Below, piece by piece: positions 10,580 through 22,163 of a stretch of DNA of 64,000 nucleotides. Numbering within the stretch: position 1 is the stretch's first letter; each line of letters starts with the position of its first letter. The DNA comes from Takakia lepidozioides. Lineage: Eukaryota > Plantae > Bryophyta. Position numbers and translations under genes: made by a program. The notes beneath the pieces are model-generated. The model saw only the letters and a program-made list of their open reading frames with translations. It was not told the origin of the DNA and did not search any database. The stretch is taken from the NCBI GenBank assembly GCA_030704615.1, contig CM060731.1, positions 74,524,001 to 74,588,000 on the forward strand. Direction: 5' to 3'.

Positions 10580-11080
10580 GATGCTTGACACCACCTCTTG
10601 AGAGGGTTCCTGATGGAGATTGGTTATGTCCACACTGCTTGGGATAGTGGCAGTGGATATGACTAGTGGCAGCTAACAAGACATGGGAGGCCAAGCTCAT
10701 AGGAGTCAATACCCGAGATCTCAGGCTCAAGTTCACAGGTTGCAAGACGGCAACTAACGATGGGGCAACTCTTGTACCCGACCTCTTGATCTATCGAGTT
10801 TGAGTGTAGTAGGGACAGTGGTGGAGGACTCAGTGAGGCTATGGCCACTATCACATATTGTGGCTGCGTGGACTTAGAGGGATCTAAGCGCCAACTAGGG
10901 GGCGATTGTGATGGACTAGTGGCAGCCTAGTGATGGACTAGTGGTTGCACTAGTGATGGCTAGTGGCAGCCCAGTGGTGCAGTAGTGGTGGACTAGTGAT
11001 AGACTAGTGTTTGGTGTGCACATGTGTTGTGTGGTTTTGGATAGCGATGTAGTTGTGTAGCGATATGTATGCGCACGACA
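10580..11080 (+). mobile_element. 3' remnant of a third copy: PHD end, 3' UTR, PPT and short LTR (10907-11080)
   Basis: Begins mid-PHD (CLTPPLERVPDGDWLCPHC), parallels ~9728-10051 and ends GCGCACGACA. The LTR carries GACTAGTG-type tandem units. Confidence 0.85.
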
Positions 11081-11149
11081 AGGATATTGAGATAATGAAA
11101 TCATATCGGTATTTGGGTCTGGTTACCCCCCCCACCCCTCCCCCCCCCA

Positions 11150-12150
11150 TTCCAGTTTGCAGCAACCCCTGGACAAATTAACAAAGGGTAAGACGGTCTC
11201 CATCCGCCTTCAGGCCAAATGCACAAACAAATACATCTGCGCCACCCCCCAATAAAAAAGTGGCTATTTGACATCATTGTCACCCCGGCTGCCACTTATG
11301 GTTGTGAATTATGGGCACTTGGTGTCCCAATTTCCTGGTGGGAAAGAAACTGGAACCATTGCAATCATCTTTTCTCCAAGCAATGTTTGGCACCAGAGGC
11401 ACAACTCCATCTCACATCCTAGGTACAGAGTTCGCATGTGTGCCACTGCAAACTAAGGCCCTTTTCCGGCTTACAATTTTTCTTCATAGGTTCCCCATAG
11501 GTACAAGCCCTAACCCCAAGGGGCTCGTGGCAAGAGCCCTTGCAACATCTATAGGCTCAAAATTATTGCAGGTCTCAAGCATTCCTGGTATGCTCGAGTA
11601 GACAGTTTTTGGAACGCAATGGACTCTCTATCGCTTCACTGTTACTGGTGAATCTAGATCAAGGGGTGGACATCACATCCAAGCAAGACTGCAACAGACT
11701 CATTAGAAGGGAGCTTATGGAACTAAGTTACATGTCAAGAGAAGTTGGAAGCTACCCAATCTCACGATAAAGCTCCATTTCTATCGAGAGACATTATTGG
11801 TTTTCCGAGATGAGAGAATCTTGCGGCCCAATTGCCTTTCGACATCGTTATCTCCTTCTCTCCTGAGGGCATTGGGGCGGTTCAGGGTGGGCTCCCACAA
11901 CCTACGGATAGAGACTGGCAAATGGGAAAAAACCTGCAATGGTAGGACCGCCTATGTCCAACTTGCACAGGGCGCAACCGGGAAATTGAAACTGAAGAAC
12001 ATTTCTTCTTCTATTGCCCTCTATACCATGAGATACGTGGGAGATTCCACTGTCTATTCCGCGGAACCCAATCTCTCAGTGAAGTTTTCCACTATGAGGA
12101 TAAAAAATGCTTGGCAGCTTACCTTCACCCTTAGACAATCACTCGAGCAA
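11150..12150 (+). mobile_element. Decayed 3' fragment of a non-LTR retrotransposon (LINE, RTE/RTEX-like)
   Basis: LFDIIVTPAATYGCELW, FLQAMFGTRGTTP...EFACVPL, RFRVGSHNLRIETGKW and, in a shifted frame, RLCPTC...ETEEHFFFYCPLY (C-terminal CCHC). Confidence 0.82.
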
Positions 12151-13473
12151 TAGTTTTTATTTTTGGCTCTGGTTTTGTTTCAGCTATCATGTTTTCTTCC
12201 ATTTCGTCCCATAAGCTCTATGAGCTTTCTGCGGACGTTATAAAGCACCATTTCATTTCTTTCTCAATTTTCTCATGCCTCAAAGGAAATTTTGAGGCAG
12301 CCTCTTTTTGGAAACTTTTGCTCAGGGACATAGCCCAAGGGATGAGGGATAAGAACATACCGCACTCGCCGCCGTAGCAGGATTTGACCCAAAGCACTCT
12401 GTGCACTATCTAGTTGAGATTGGTGGTGACACATATTTTTATGCAGAAAATAATAGGAACAGTGTAAGAACTTAATTTAAAAATAAAAATATATTCAATC
12501 AATCAACGGTACTGCTGATTAGGCCCCCGCCGCAGTGGTGGCTTGTTAGCCACCACTAGCTTAGCCCTGGCTGGCTAGTAGTTAGTTAACCGTGGCTAGA
12601 GGGCCTTCAAACATAGTGGCTAAAGTAAGTGGCCAGGGTTAAAGGAAGTTAACATCTGCCTGCAAACTCAACAGCTGACCAGAATCACATGGTGCCTACA
12701 TAGGAAGAAGTACTGGCAGCGGGGCTGTACAACAAAGTCTAGAGCTATATCGTATGGACAATTCACCTGAAGGCAGTAGCCCTTCGGGGTCAAGAGACAC
12801 CATAACTTACGCTTCCTTCGGGAGGCGTCTTATATTTGTATATATGGATTATATTTGTATATATGGACAATGTAGGATTGCGGAACAAGCCATGCAAGGT
12901 CACCATTCTCCAACACATATACTCACTGCAGGTAGAATCAGTGAGCGGTCAGGACTTGAATGAGAAACATTTTAACATGTGTAAAAGTGGTGAGAGCATG
13001 CCCAGCATGCGCTCTATCTGGCGCGCTATCATCAACATAGCGCGGCCACCGAGATCGCGCATCCCCGGGAGCACCTTCACGCGCTTTAAAATGGTGAGCC
13101 TCACCAAAAATCGTCGCACTCCCGCGCTATCTTCCTGCCTTTTGGTGTGTGGCATTCTCCCCGCTACCTACCGCTCAGCCTCACACGTAATGACCAGTGG
13201 CGGGGCAGGCGGTGGGGCCACGGTCACCTCAGCCTGCGCCATTACTCCCCTTCGGTTATGGTGCGTCTGCTGGGGCTCTTGCCAGCCGACGCGCTATCTA
13301 ACTTGCCTGCCTCACCATATGCCTCACGAGCATAGTGATAGCGCGGCAGTTTAGTGAGCCTCTGCTGGGCATGCTCTAAGTTCTTCCTTCATATCAGAAA
13401 GAGATGAGTAAGTCAGTGATCTGTGGGTATGTAAATTGGTGGGTTCAAGGAGCTAACTTAGGAGCAAGCCAAC

Positions 13474-13536
13474 TGTGTTCATAACTGAGTGACGACGTCT
13501 AGTTGTGTTCATAACTGAGTGACGACGTCTAGTTGT
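13474..13536. repeat. 30-bp perfect tandem duplication
   Basis: TGTGTTCATAACTGAGTGACGACGTCTAGT occurs twice. Confidence 0.95.
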
Positions 13537-14606
13537 CGTTGCGAGGTCAGTGCAAGTGCCAATAGTAGCACCTGAGCTCTAGTCTGAGGTACACAAGAAA
13601 ATGTGCTCTGTGTACATCACATGATCTTGGTTTGAGATTTGTACTTTAAAATTGGAGAACACTAGTTGAATGAGATGGCGCTGATCGTGCAATGGGAAGA
13701 TCTGTTATTGTTTGGACTTGCGTGTGGTGCCTCTAATATATTCTAGTGTTGAAAGCCCAAGAACATCGTGAAAGCTCCTCTCCAGAAAGCAAAGTAAGTT
13801 CATCCGACCTTCCAGAACTAATTCGAGAGGTCTTCGAATAATTAGTCAAAAGAACGGCAAAAGATCCAAATTGGCATATTTCAACATATCCACAAAGTGA
13901 GGATAGTGTAGGAACTGTATGTAATGACAGACAACAAGAATGGAGGAAAAGAAAGAGAAAGAAGACATCCATGGAAAGCTCAAGAGACAAAGGGCCAGAG
14001 GTCCACCTGGAGTTGGCGGACATGCTCTCAATGACAGTGGAGTGTCAAGGTTTTAACCAGAGTATATGAGAGTAAATTTGACTTGGAGAGAAACACTAAG
14101 GACATGAAATGAATCGTTTAGGACAAAGGGCCAGAAAGCCACCATGGGACAACAGCACAACCACAAATCTGAAATAATCTGCACCCTCCTTTTTCTTTCA
14201 TTTTCTCCCCTTAAAAACCCTGGACCATCAACTACAAGTCATTCTATGTAAACACGTCCAAAGGCCATTCAGCATAGCCCATTTCACAATTTGCATGTAT
14301 AGTACATTCATATCCCCATGGGATGTCCACAGATTTGGTCCTACAAATGCGCTCCTTACCAGCAGGAGGCAGACAATGGCATCTTGATTCATACCAAAGA
14401 ATTTACTCCCTGTGGAACTCTCTTCTCAATGCAGTCTAACTACAATCCTCAGCCTGAATACTGATTTGCATTATCTACATCTTTAAAATGACACTCCTTT
14501 GTATCATCAGGTGAATACAAAATGTGGGGAAGACATAAACACTAACTTCAGATTCTCTACCTGCAACAACAGGGTGTCTCGTTGATCAAAAACCTGGAAC
14601 TGGAAG

Positions 14607-15743
14607 TTACACAGGGCCCCCTGCTGATGGTTGTGTCTTGGGATATCGTGGGGGTGCACCCAAACTTTCCCTTATCCTTACATCATTCTCCAATTCCTCA
14701 TCGCCATCAGAATCCTCATCGCCCTCTTTAGATTGAATTCCAACTCCAGCTTGCAGTGCAGTTTGGGGTCCTTCATGGCCTTCCTGAACTTGCTGATCAG
14801 TGCCTGCATCAGAAATTTTCACAATTGAGTTGGAAAACATACAGATGTCACACACTTGGGTTAGAAATGGCAAAACCCCTATTGCACAACCATATATGGC
14901 CTGGTTCCAAGCAAACAACACATTGGAATACAGAATGCAGGTAAAAGACAAATCTAAAGGATTCCCAAGACCAACTCACCTGGACCTAGCCGTGATTTCT
15001 TGAGCTTCTTCTTCTCTTTCTTTTTGTGCCGTTTGGCCCGCTTTTTGGCAGTTCTTTCCTCAGCGGCCAAAATTCGCTCTTCTTGGCGCTTGAGAAACTC
15101 TTGCTCTGCAGTTCGTTGTAGGTAATCAGCATCCATGCGAGCCAGCCGGTCTTGCTCCCTCCTTCTCATTTGCCGGTACTAAACCCTCCAATCCCGCAAT
15201 TTTTCAGCTCATCCGTTACCCTTTCAACCCCCAAGCGATCAACCTGTGAATATAAAATCCTGACCTTGGCCCGGGCAGCAAGCCAGGTTGAACTTCATAC
15301 CCTTGGTCGGCTAAACCCTAAATCCCATTACAAGACTACGTCTGCCCAGGTAGGACTCAGTGTATCTGCGTACGCTTTTCCTGTCTCGTCCAACATAAAA
15401 ACCTTTACAACGAACACCAAACCGGGCATCTGGACATTTGCGTCACCCCCAGGGGCAATACAACCCAGCTGCAGGGGTGCTCACTCAATGACACACACCC
15501 ATCCCCACATACCTGATGAAAGTCGCCCGATCCTGAGCCAGCCGAGCTCCCTGAAGTATTGCTAATGCGCACAGGAACCTGCTCACTGATGCGCCGCAGC
15601 TTCACCTCCAAATCTTCATCGTCCCGGGGCCTTGTTGTTTCCCCACCCGGACCCTTATAAACCTCAATCTCTCCTCCCTCTGCAAGCGCCACAATCTGGG
15701 TATTGCCATCAGTGTAGGTCTGCGACGTCGTATACCGTGGCAT
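14607..15743 (-). CDS. PRKRIP1: PRKR-interacting protein 1 homolog (DUF1168, spliceosome-associated), 3 exons, 208 aa
   Basis: Exons 15743-15513, 15178-14980 and 14803-14607 with GT-AG introns in compatible phase. Signature VRISNTSGSSAGSGSGDFHQYRQMRRREQDRL...TAKKRAKR. Confidence 0.93.
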
Positions 15744-16655
15744 TGCAACCTGCCTCCCAACCACACACACAACACTGCACGTCTCTCTCTCCCTCCCTCT
15801 CCCCACCACAAGCAACACAAACACAACAATTCTTCCTCTTCTTCTCCGTTTGAAAACACAGTTTTAGTAATTGTGGTTTTGTTTTTAATATCTTTCTTTT
15901 TCTGTCTAAAAATTTAGACAAAGTGGGGTTTGCAATTTGTGGGAAAAAAGCATAAGTTAAACCATCTTCAAAATATTTGAACTTGCCGTGTTTAAGAGAT
16001 GGTGATACTGAGAAATTCCATCCTCTAACTTGCAAAAATCAGACAGTGCAAATGACAGAGAAGCAAGGACTCAAATCATGAAGCTGAATGAAACCCAAGA
16101 CAAGTTCAGCAAAGGAACAGTTATTTGTAAAACGGAGCTGGAGACCACACCATATCGAATGTGAGATGTGAAATCCAGAACTGACTGTACAATGACAAGT
16201 GTGGGACGGATGCGTGTGGCTCAAGGACAGCATTGGCTGTTGGGTTGATGCTTGCCAAGCCACATTTATGGACCAAGCTATCATTTGACAGAAGTGTGTA
16301 TGTGGAACCTGAGAGTTCTTTGCCTCGAACTGCTCAACCCAGTTTCAATCACTCTGAGGCACTCTGGATTAGTATTGTCTAAATGCAAATTCCCAACTTC
16401 GAGAACATTGCTTATTGTTTACAAAGTCAAACCAATTACCACCATTCTCAACCTGATTTAGTGAAAGCTCACTCTCTGAAGCTCAGCCCAGCCCCAGCCA
16501 ACGTCGAAAATGTAGCAGTGGCACAGATTCTCAGTAGAAACCCACAGCCAGACTGCTTCATGATTGACCACACACAACTACTATCGGGGTCAAGACTTCT
16601 AAGGTCTTCTCATCGCACATTGACAACATCACATTGTGAATGAATTTCATGTGAG

Positions 16656-19349
16656 CTAAAATTCCCTGCATCCAAAACAGGTACATGTGATGGGGATATA
16701 TGAACAAAGTCCAAAGGGCAATCCCCGAAGACTACAGTTAATGTTGTAGCAGCAAACTGTTGGAAGACACCATGTCCTCGAGCGGTCACAGCAAGTGCAG
16801 GGGGAGCACTGACGGAATTCGCCAAGTAATCTTCTGGTCCCATTCATGTGCCTGTAGATAGCTTCAGCTGATGGAAAGAGTTGCACTTCGGTTCCATTGG
16901 ATAACCTTATGGCACCACTCATCAGTAGTGTACTGTCCTGTTTGTCATCATTGCTGGCCTGCAGGAAACCAGGACGAGTAGACAGTCACATAAATGGGCA
17001 GAATTGAGCACATGACAATACTTTGGACTGGAATGTGAGTCCATGTTATTGCTCTCGTACTCGGATAGCTGCATTGTCCTCCACTGAAGAATCAGAGGTC
17101 TTGCGCGTTAGTGACTTGACTCCAGAATGCACCCACACACACGCAGAACTCATAAACAGAAGGTTTTGCAATTAGATAGATGCCATAGTCTGGCAACCAC
17201 TGAACCCGGGCTGCAAGGCATTTTTGATATGGGACTGCCATGACTGACCCCGAGAAAGCACAAGCCAGTCACTATTTTTCTACTTGATGTGGCATGGAAC
17301 CCTTTCAGCATTTAGTGATACTGACATCCATTCCTGAGATAAAAAATGTGACATTGGACAGCTACTACCCTTCCACTCTGCCAGAAGGTTTAGTTTGCTC
17401 TTTGCTTTTGAAACACCCATATGTGGTGCCTTTTCTTTTCAGGAACTTCTGCAGCTCAGTGGCAAGGTCAGCTGGTAAAACACCTGATGTGTTGGAGTCA
17501 GTCAAGTCATGCACCTCACAAATGCCAAGGTCACTGACTGTACCTACAGGGCCTGCGTTGACGGCTACACAACTTGCATCACCAAGCTATAGGAGGCACA
17601 AATCTGGGCTGCTATCTCCTACTTTTTCGTGACAGGCTCTAGTAGACAACTTTAGCCCTCCTGGAGCCATTTGCATACTTTCACATACCAAGGGACCAGT
17701 GTCAGATCGAATAAATATTACGTTGCTTGCTGATATCTTGTAACCAATACCCACCACCCAATTTGATGGAGCAGAGATGTAGAAGAGGGGAGATAACAGA
17801 ATGGAATTCCTCAATCCAGTGGTGGAACTCTTGAGAGCGGTGTAACAGTGGAGTTATATTGTTTCAAATGCAAAATTCTGTCCTTTTCACTTGGCTTCTA
17901 AGAAAGAACCGGACTTCCAGAGGGGGGAGATCAAAGGACAGACGGTGCTCCACATGCACCAAGCTTCCTGCAGACTACCAAGTTTTTGAGGCACTTGGCC
18001 ATGTCACAGGTGGTCGTCAATCTCAATTAGTCTGGGCTGTTGTCTATGGTGTTGCCGTGGGCTATGGTCCACCTGACGGCAGGTAGGGAAACTTCGTTGC
18101 AATCATGTATATCAGGGGATTCCAAACCTCGAACAAAGCAGGACCGCACGACAAGACAAGGTTTGGAGAGAAACAGCACCTCAAGGGATTCCTTGCTGAA
18201 GCTCAGCTCCTGACTACTTCTCTGCAATAAATGCCCTTCCGGCCATAAGTTTGGGTGATACTGTAAACAACTCAGTTAAGAAACCATCACATTGCCATTT
18301 CCAGTCAAGTGGTTCCCAAAGCCTTTGAATAACACCCACAATTTTTGCACTCTAGTCTAGGACCTGCCACACACTGTCTGCACTATCTCTGCATCCTCCC
18401 CCCATGACTATCTTTCCCCAACAATCTGGCTGGCAGTGCAATAACCATTTCAGGCTGAGCTGCATACTACAGCAGATGTCACCTCCCGACTCTTGTCCTC
18501 ATCCAGGGGATACTATATTGTGCCCATGAGAGTATTTCAGGGCCAATGTTTACAAGAACATTCAATGAGAACAACATCTCATCTTCACCCATCCCCTCTA
18601 AACTATATAGGATGCACATTGACCAGAGGTGGAGAATACTCTTCTGACTAAACAGACACCACTTACCCTATTCACCACTGACACCAATTTATGTTTCAAA
18701 TACCCAGGGAAGGGAGTAACCATCTTCCAAGCTTCAATAGAAAAGAAAACAATTCCCAAAGACTCCATATCCAATGCACGCTGACAAAGTGGCCATGTTC
18801 AGGAAACTCTAGGTTGGTTACATCTTCAGCCCTCGGACCTTCGAATGTTGTCCAACCACTTTTCCTGGAAGCTTTCGGCGCAATGCCTACCTAATCCGCG
18901 TCACTCATGGAAATAAGAATGCACTGGTAAGAGGAGTACTCCTCACCTTTAGGTGGCGCATCGAAAGGGCAGCGGCTGCATTACCTACATTCGCACAAAA
19001 GAAAATTACACCAGAAGAAAGAAGAACATCCGAAAAACAAGCAGCGGAAACGCGCGACCGATAAAAACATAGTCGCCATTTTCTTACTGGCATGCAAGTG
19101 CCCAGCTGACCAGTACATTTCTGCAGCGTTACTAAACTTGAGTTTTATTCCCGTTAGGACCTCTTCAAACATCCACCTGAGCTGCGAAGCTGAGGACATT
19201 GACAGCGATAAGGACCGAACAATAAGCCAAAGAGCATTTGCCGCATTTCCTATGTGAGCAGTAGCGCAGGTTGCGTTGTGGGTGGCAGAGAGGTGAATCA
19301 TACCTGAAACCATACACAGTAGCAGCACCAGCTGAAGTAGTTGCCCCAT
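16656..19349 (-). CDS. Secreted cysteine-rich small protein (land-plant DUF7866-like), 3 exons, 128 aa
   Basis: Exons 19349-19304, 18984-18947 and 16958-16656 splice in frame (phases 1 and 0). Signal-peptide-like MGQLLQLVLLLCMVSGNAAAA, dibasic RRLL, then CSPCTCC...CLPTVCCYNINC...PFGLCSYIPITCTCFGC. Confidence 0.85.
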
Positions 19350-19376
19350 GCCGACTGCTAGAGACGACTCACAGAG

Positions 19377-19441
19377 ACACACACACACACACAAACTGGG
19401 GGGGGGGGGGAGGAAGAAGAGAGAGAAGGAGAGAGAGAGAG
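19377..19441. repeat. Compound microsatellite (CA)n / poly-G / (GA)n just upstream of the cysteine-rich gene start codon
   Basis: Directly visible in the sequence. Confidence 0.85.
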
Positions 19442-21108
19442 CAGTTGGGCGTTAACTTTCTCACGAGCTACACATTTTTTTCAGAGAGACAGATAGTGCT
19501 CATTGCAGCGACATAGCAGATAGGGAGAGAAAAGAGGAGAAACGACAGCTGGGAGGGATGAGGAACGAAGGTAGATGCAGCTGCGATCACACCAAAGTAA
19601 GAGACAGGGAGAGGGAGGGGGAGTGAGTGCACAGGGTCTGAAAATAGTGTAGGTACTGGATGGGATGGCAGAAAGCGACAATGCGGGAGAGGGAAAGAGA
19701 CAAAGAGCCAGAGGCCTCGCCGGAGCTGGCGGGCCTGGTCTTAATTACAGTGGAGGGTCAGGCTTTCACTACAGTACAACAGAAGTAAATTTGACTTACT
19801 ACCCACATGAAAGTATCAATTTGGGACAAAGGGCCAGAAAGCTACCATGGGACAACAACAACAACACAGCCGCAAAATCTCAATAGTCTGTTTGTACGTA
19901 GGTATCTCCCAGTCCTTTGTAGACCATAATATAATACCTATTTACTACCCAAAGACAGCTTCAGCTAGTCTCTCCGTCACTTTCTTCCACTTTAGTTGAG
20001 TGGCTCTTGTTTCTTCCTTGTCTGTGCAGAATAACCAGGGTGCCAACTTGCAGTAGGCTCTGGAGGTTAAACAAGCTTGAACTTCAACTTTCCTTTGGGT
20101 CCAAGAAACCATGAAGGATATGAATGTGTCCTTGCCACTCCAGGTACAGGTCTGGGAACTTGGAAGGAACTTTCTGACTCATACTTGACTTCGGCACTGT
20201 GCGAGACAGCCAAGAAGATTACAAGGAATGATTCTGGACCATACGACCTTGTTAGTTCAAGATCTTTTCTAGAGCCTCTGTTAGTCCGAAATCAAGGGCT
20301 GAGAAACTCTGTGAGGGTTGATGGTTAAGGTTATTAGTTATTAGTTATATTACATCACAGCCTCAGGATGGTGATAACTAGTGGGTACCTTGTACCTTCT
20401 CATTCTAAACAGACTCCCAATTGGCTGTAATCTCTCATTCTCGTATGGTGGCAGTTCTGGATTCCGGCATTGACTTTTTTTTATCAACTCTTTTGTGGGA
20501 GAGGAGAGGAGAGGGAGCCCCACAGTGGGTTTTTTTTAAGAAATCTGGAAAATAGCACGAGTGGCTACAGAGTTTTGCAGGAAATAGCCATTTATTCTGT
20601 TCATCCACTGTAATTCATCCACTTATGTGCCATCATCCATATATATCATCCATATTTGGCGAATTCATCCATAATTTATTTTTTATTTGGAGAAATTTGG
20701 CGATTTCATCCATGAAAAAACATTGGATTTGCGACAGAATATTCGATTTTATTTTTTGAGGTCGAAATCTGGCGATTATTCGCCACTAAAAGAATGGCTG
20801 CGGGCCCCACTGCCATGGGGAATGTGGACCGTGGTGACACGATTCAATGTGGGCTTCTCTATTTTTCCCAAGCATGAATGACTACTTACTTACACCAGAG
20901 AGCCTGATGCCATGCAGCAGCAGCATGCCAAGGACCAAGGCTACCTATATATGAAGGATGTGCTGACTTCATTCATTGGCATGAGCAAGGAAGATGAAGT
21001 CACCACATGGCAGGTTAGCCTACATTCAATGAAGTGATGAAAACCATCAATGTGAGTACCCACCTGCAGGTTTGGCAAACGGGTACTGTAGAGTGACAGA
21101 AGAGGCAC

Positions 21109-22163
21109 TAGGGAATTCCAAAAAGGCCTTGATGTGAAATGCATCGCAATTCACTTGATCACCCCCTAAAAGTGCGCAATTCAATTGAACTAACCCTAAT
21201 TTGCAATTCAATTGAATTGTCGGCACACACGATTCAATTGAATTGTAATCTATAATTTTTAACTTATTTTTGTATATAATATATAATATACATGTACATG
21301 TATATATTCAAATTATATTTATACACATATAAGAGTATAAGCTAAAAATACATGTTGCCCGTCTATTCTTGCTGGCCCTCTTTCTTGTGCCCTTGAGGAA
21401 ATTGTGGAGTTGTGAAGCCACCCTCAGCCTCAGCGAGAAAGGGAGAGCCAGAGACGGAGACAGACCAGCAGCTTCCTGTGATTCACTGGCAAAAGAAATA
21501 TGGTTGGCTCCGAAAAAAACAGACAAAATCAAACCTGACAATTGATGAAAGGCTTCCCCTGCATCACCATGTAGTCCCCTAACACTAGTATCTGGCCCAG
21601 GACAAAGAAAACAAAAAATATGTTCATCTTGAGAATTATCAAAAATTTCAGGTATCATGTTGAAGTTGGGATGTGTGTTCTATACAAGTTTAATATATCA
21701 AACTCTTACACGTTGATACTCTTACATTGGTATCATGTTTGGTATATGTACATAGCCATATATTGGCACCAACATCCACAAAGAGAGACAATCCCGCTTT
21801 TACAAGCGCTTCGTGACTTCCTCTCTCTCCCTGTCTCGCTCTCCTTAGGCTTATCTTGGGCTCAAGCCTTACCACGGGCAAAGGATTGACAGACGGACAG
21901 CAAGAATAGACGGGCAACATGTATTTTTAGCTTATACCTGTGTATGTATATATGTATAATTTAAATATATACATATATATTATATACAGAAATAAGTTAA
22001 AAAATTATAGATTACAATTCAATTGAATTGCGAGTTAACAATTCATTAAATTGTTGACTGCAATTCAATTGAATTGCAAATTAGGGTTAGTTCAATTGAA
22101 TTGCGCACTTTTAGGGGGTGATCAAGTGAATTGCGATGCATTTCACATCTTTGGAATTCCCTA
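21109..22163. mobile_element. Non-autonomous DNA transposon with ~265-bp terminal inverted repeats (MULE- or hAT-like foldback)
   Basis: 21109-21374 is the imperfect reverse complement of 21898-22163 (TAGGGAATTCCAAA...TTTGGAATTCCCTA). AGAGGCAC occurs on both flanks (21101-21108, 22163-22170). The TIRs contain repeated CAATTCAATTGAATTG. Confidence 0.9.

Noticed and set aside
12530-12560. Hairpin AGTGGTGGCT-TGTT-AGCCACCACT as a Helitron end or terminator
   Set aside because: No matching 5' end or element boundaries could be established.
12949-13354. GC-rich ORFs on both strands
   Set aside because: No recognisable motif; possibly a decayed TE fragment, but I cannot support a call.
13474-13536. 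30-bp repeat as a CRISPR array
   Set aside because: Only two adjacent copies with no spacers, in a eukaryotic context.
20470-20830. CATCCA-rich block as a MITE
   Set aside because: Repetitive, but no convincing TIR or TSD pair.
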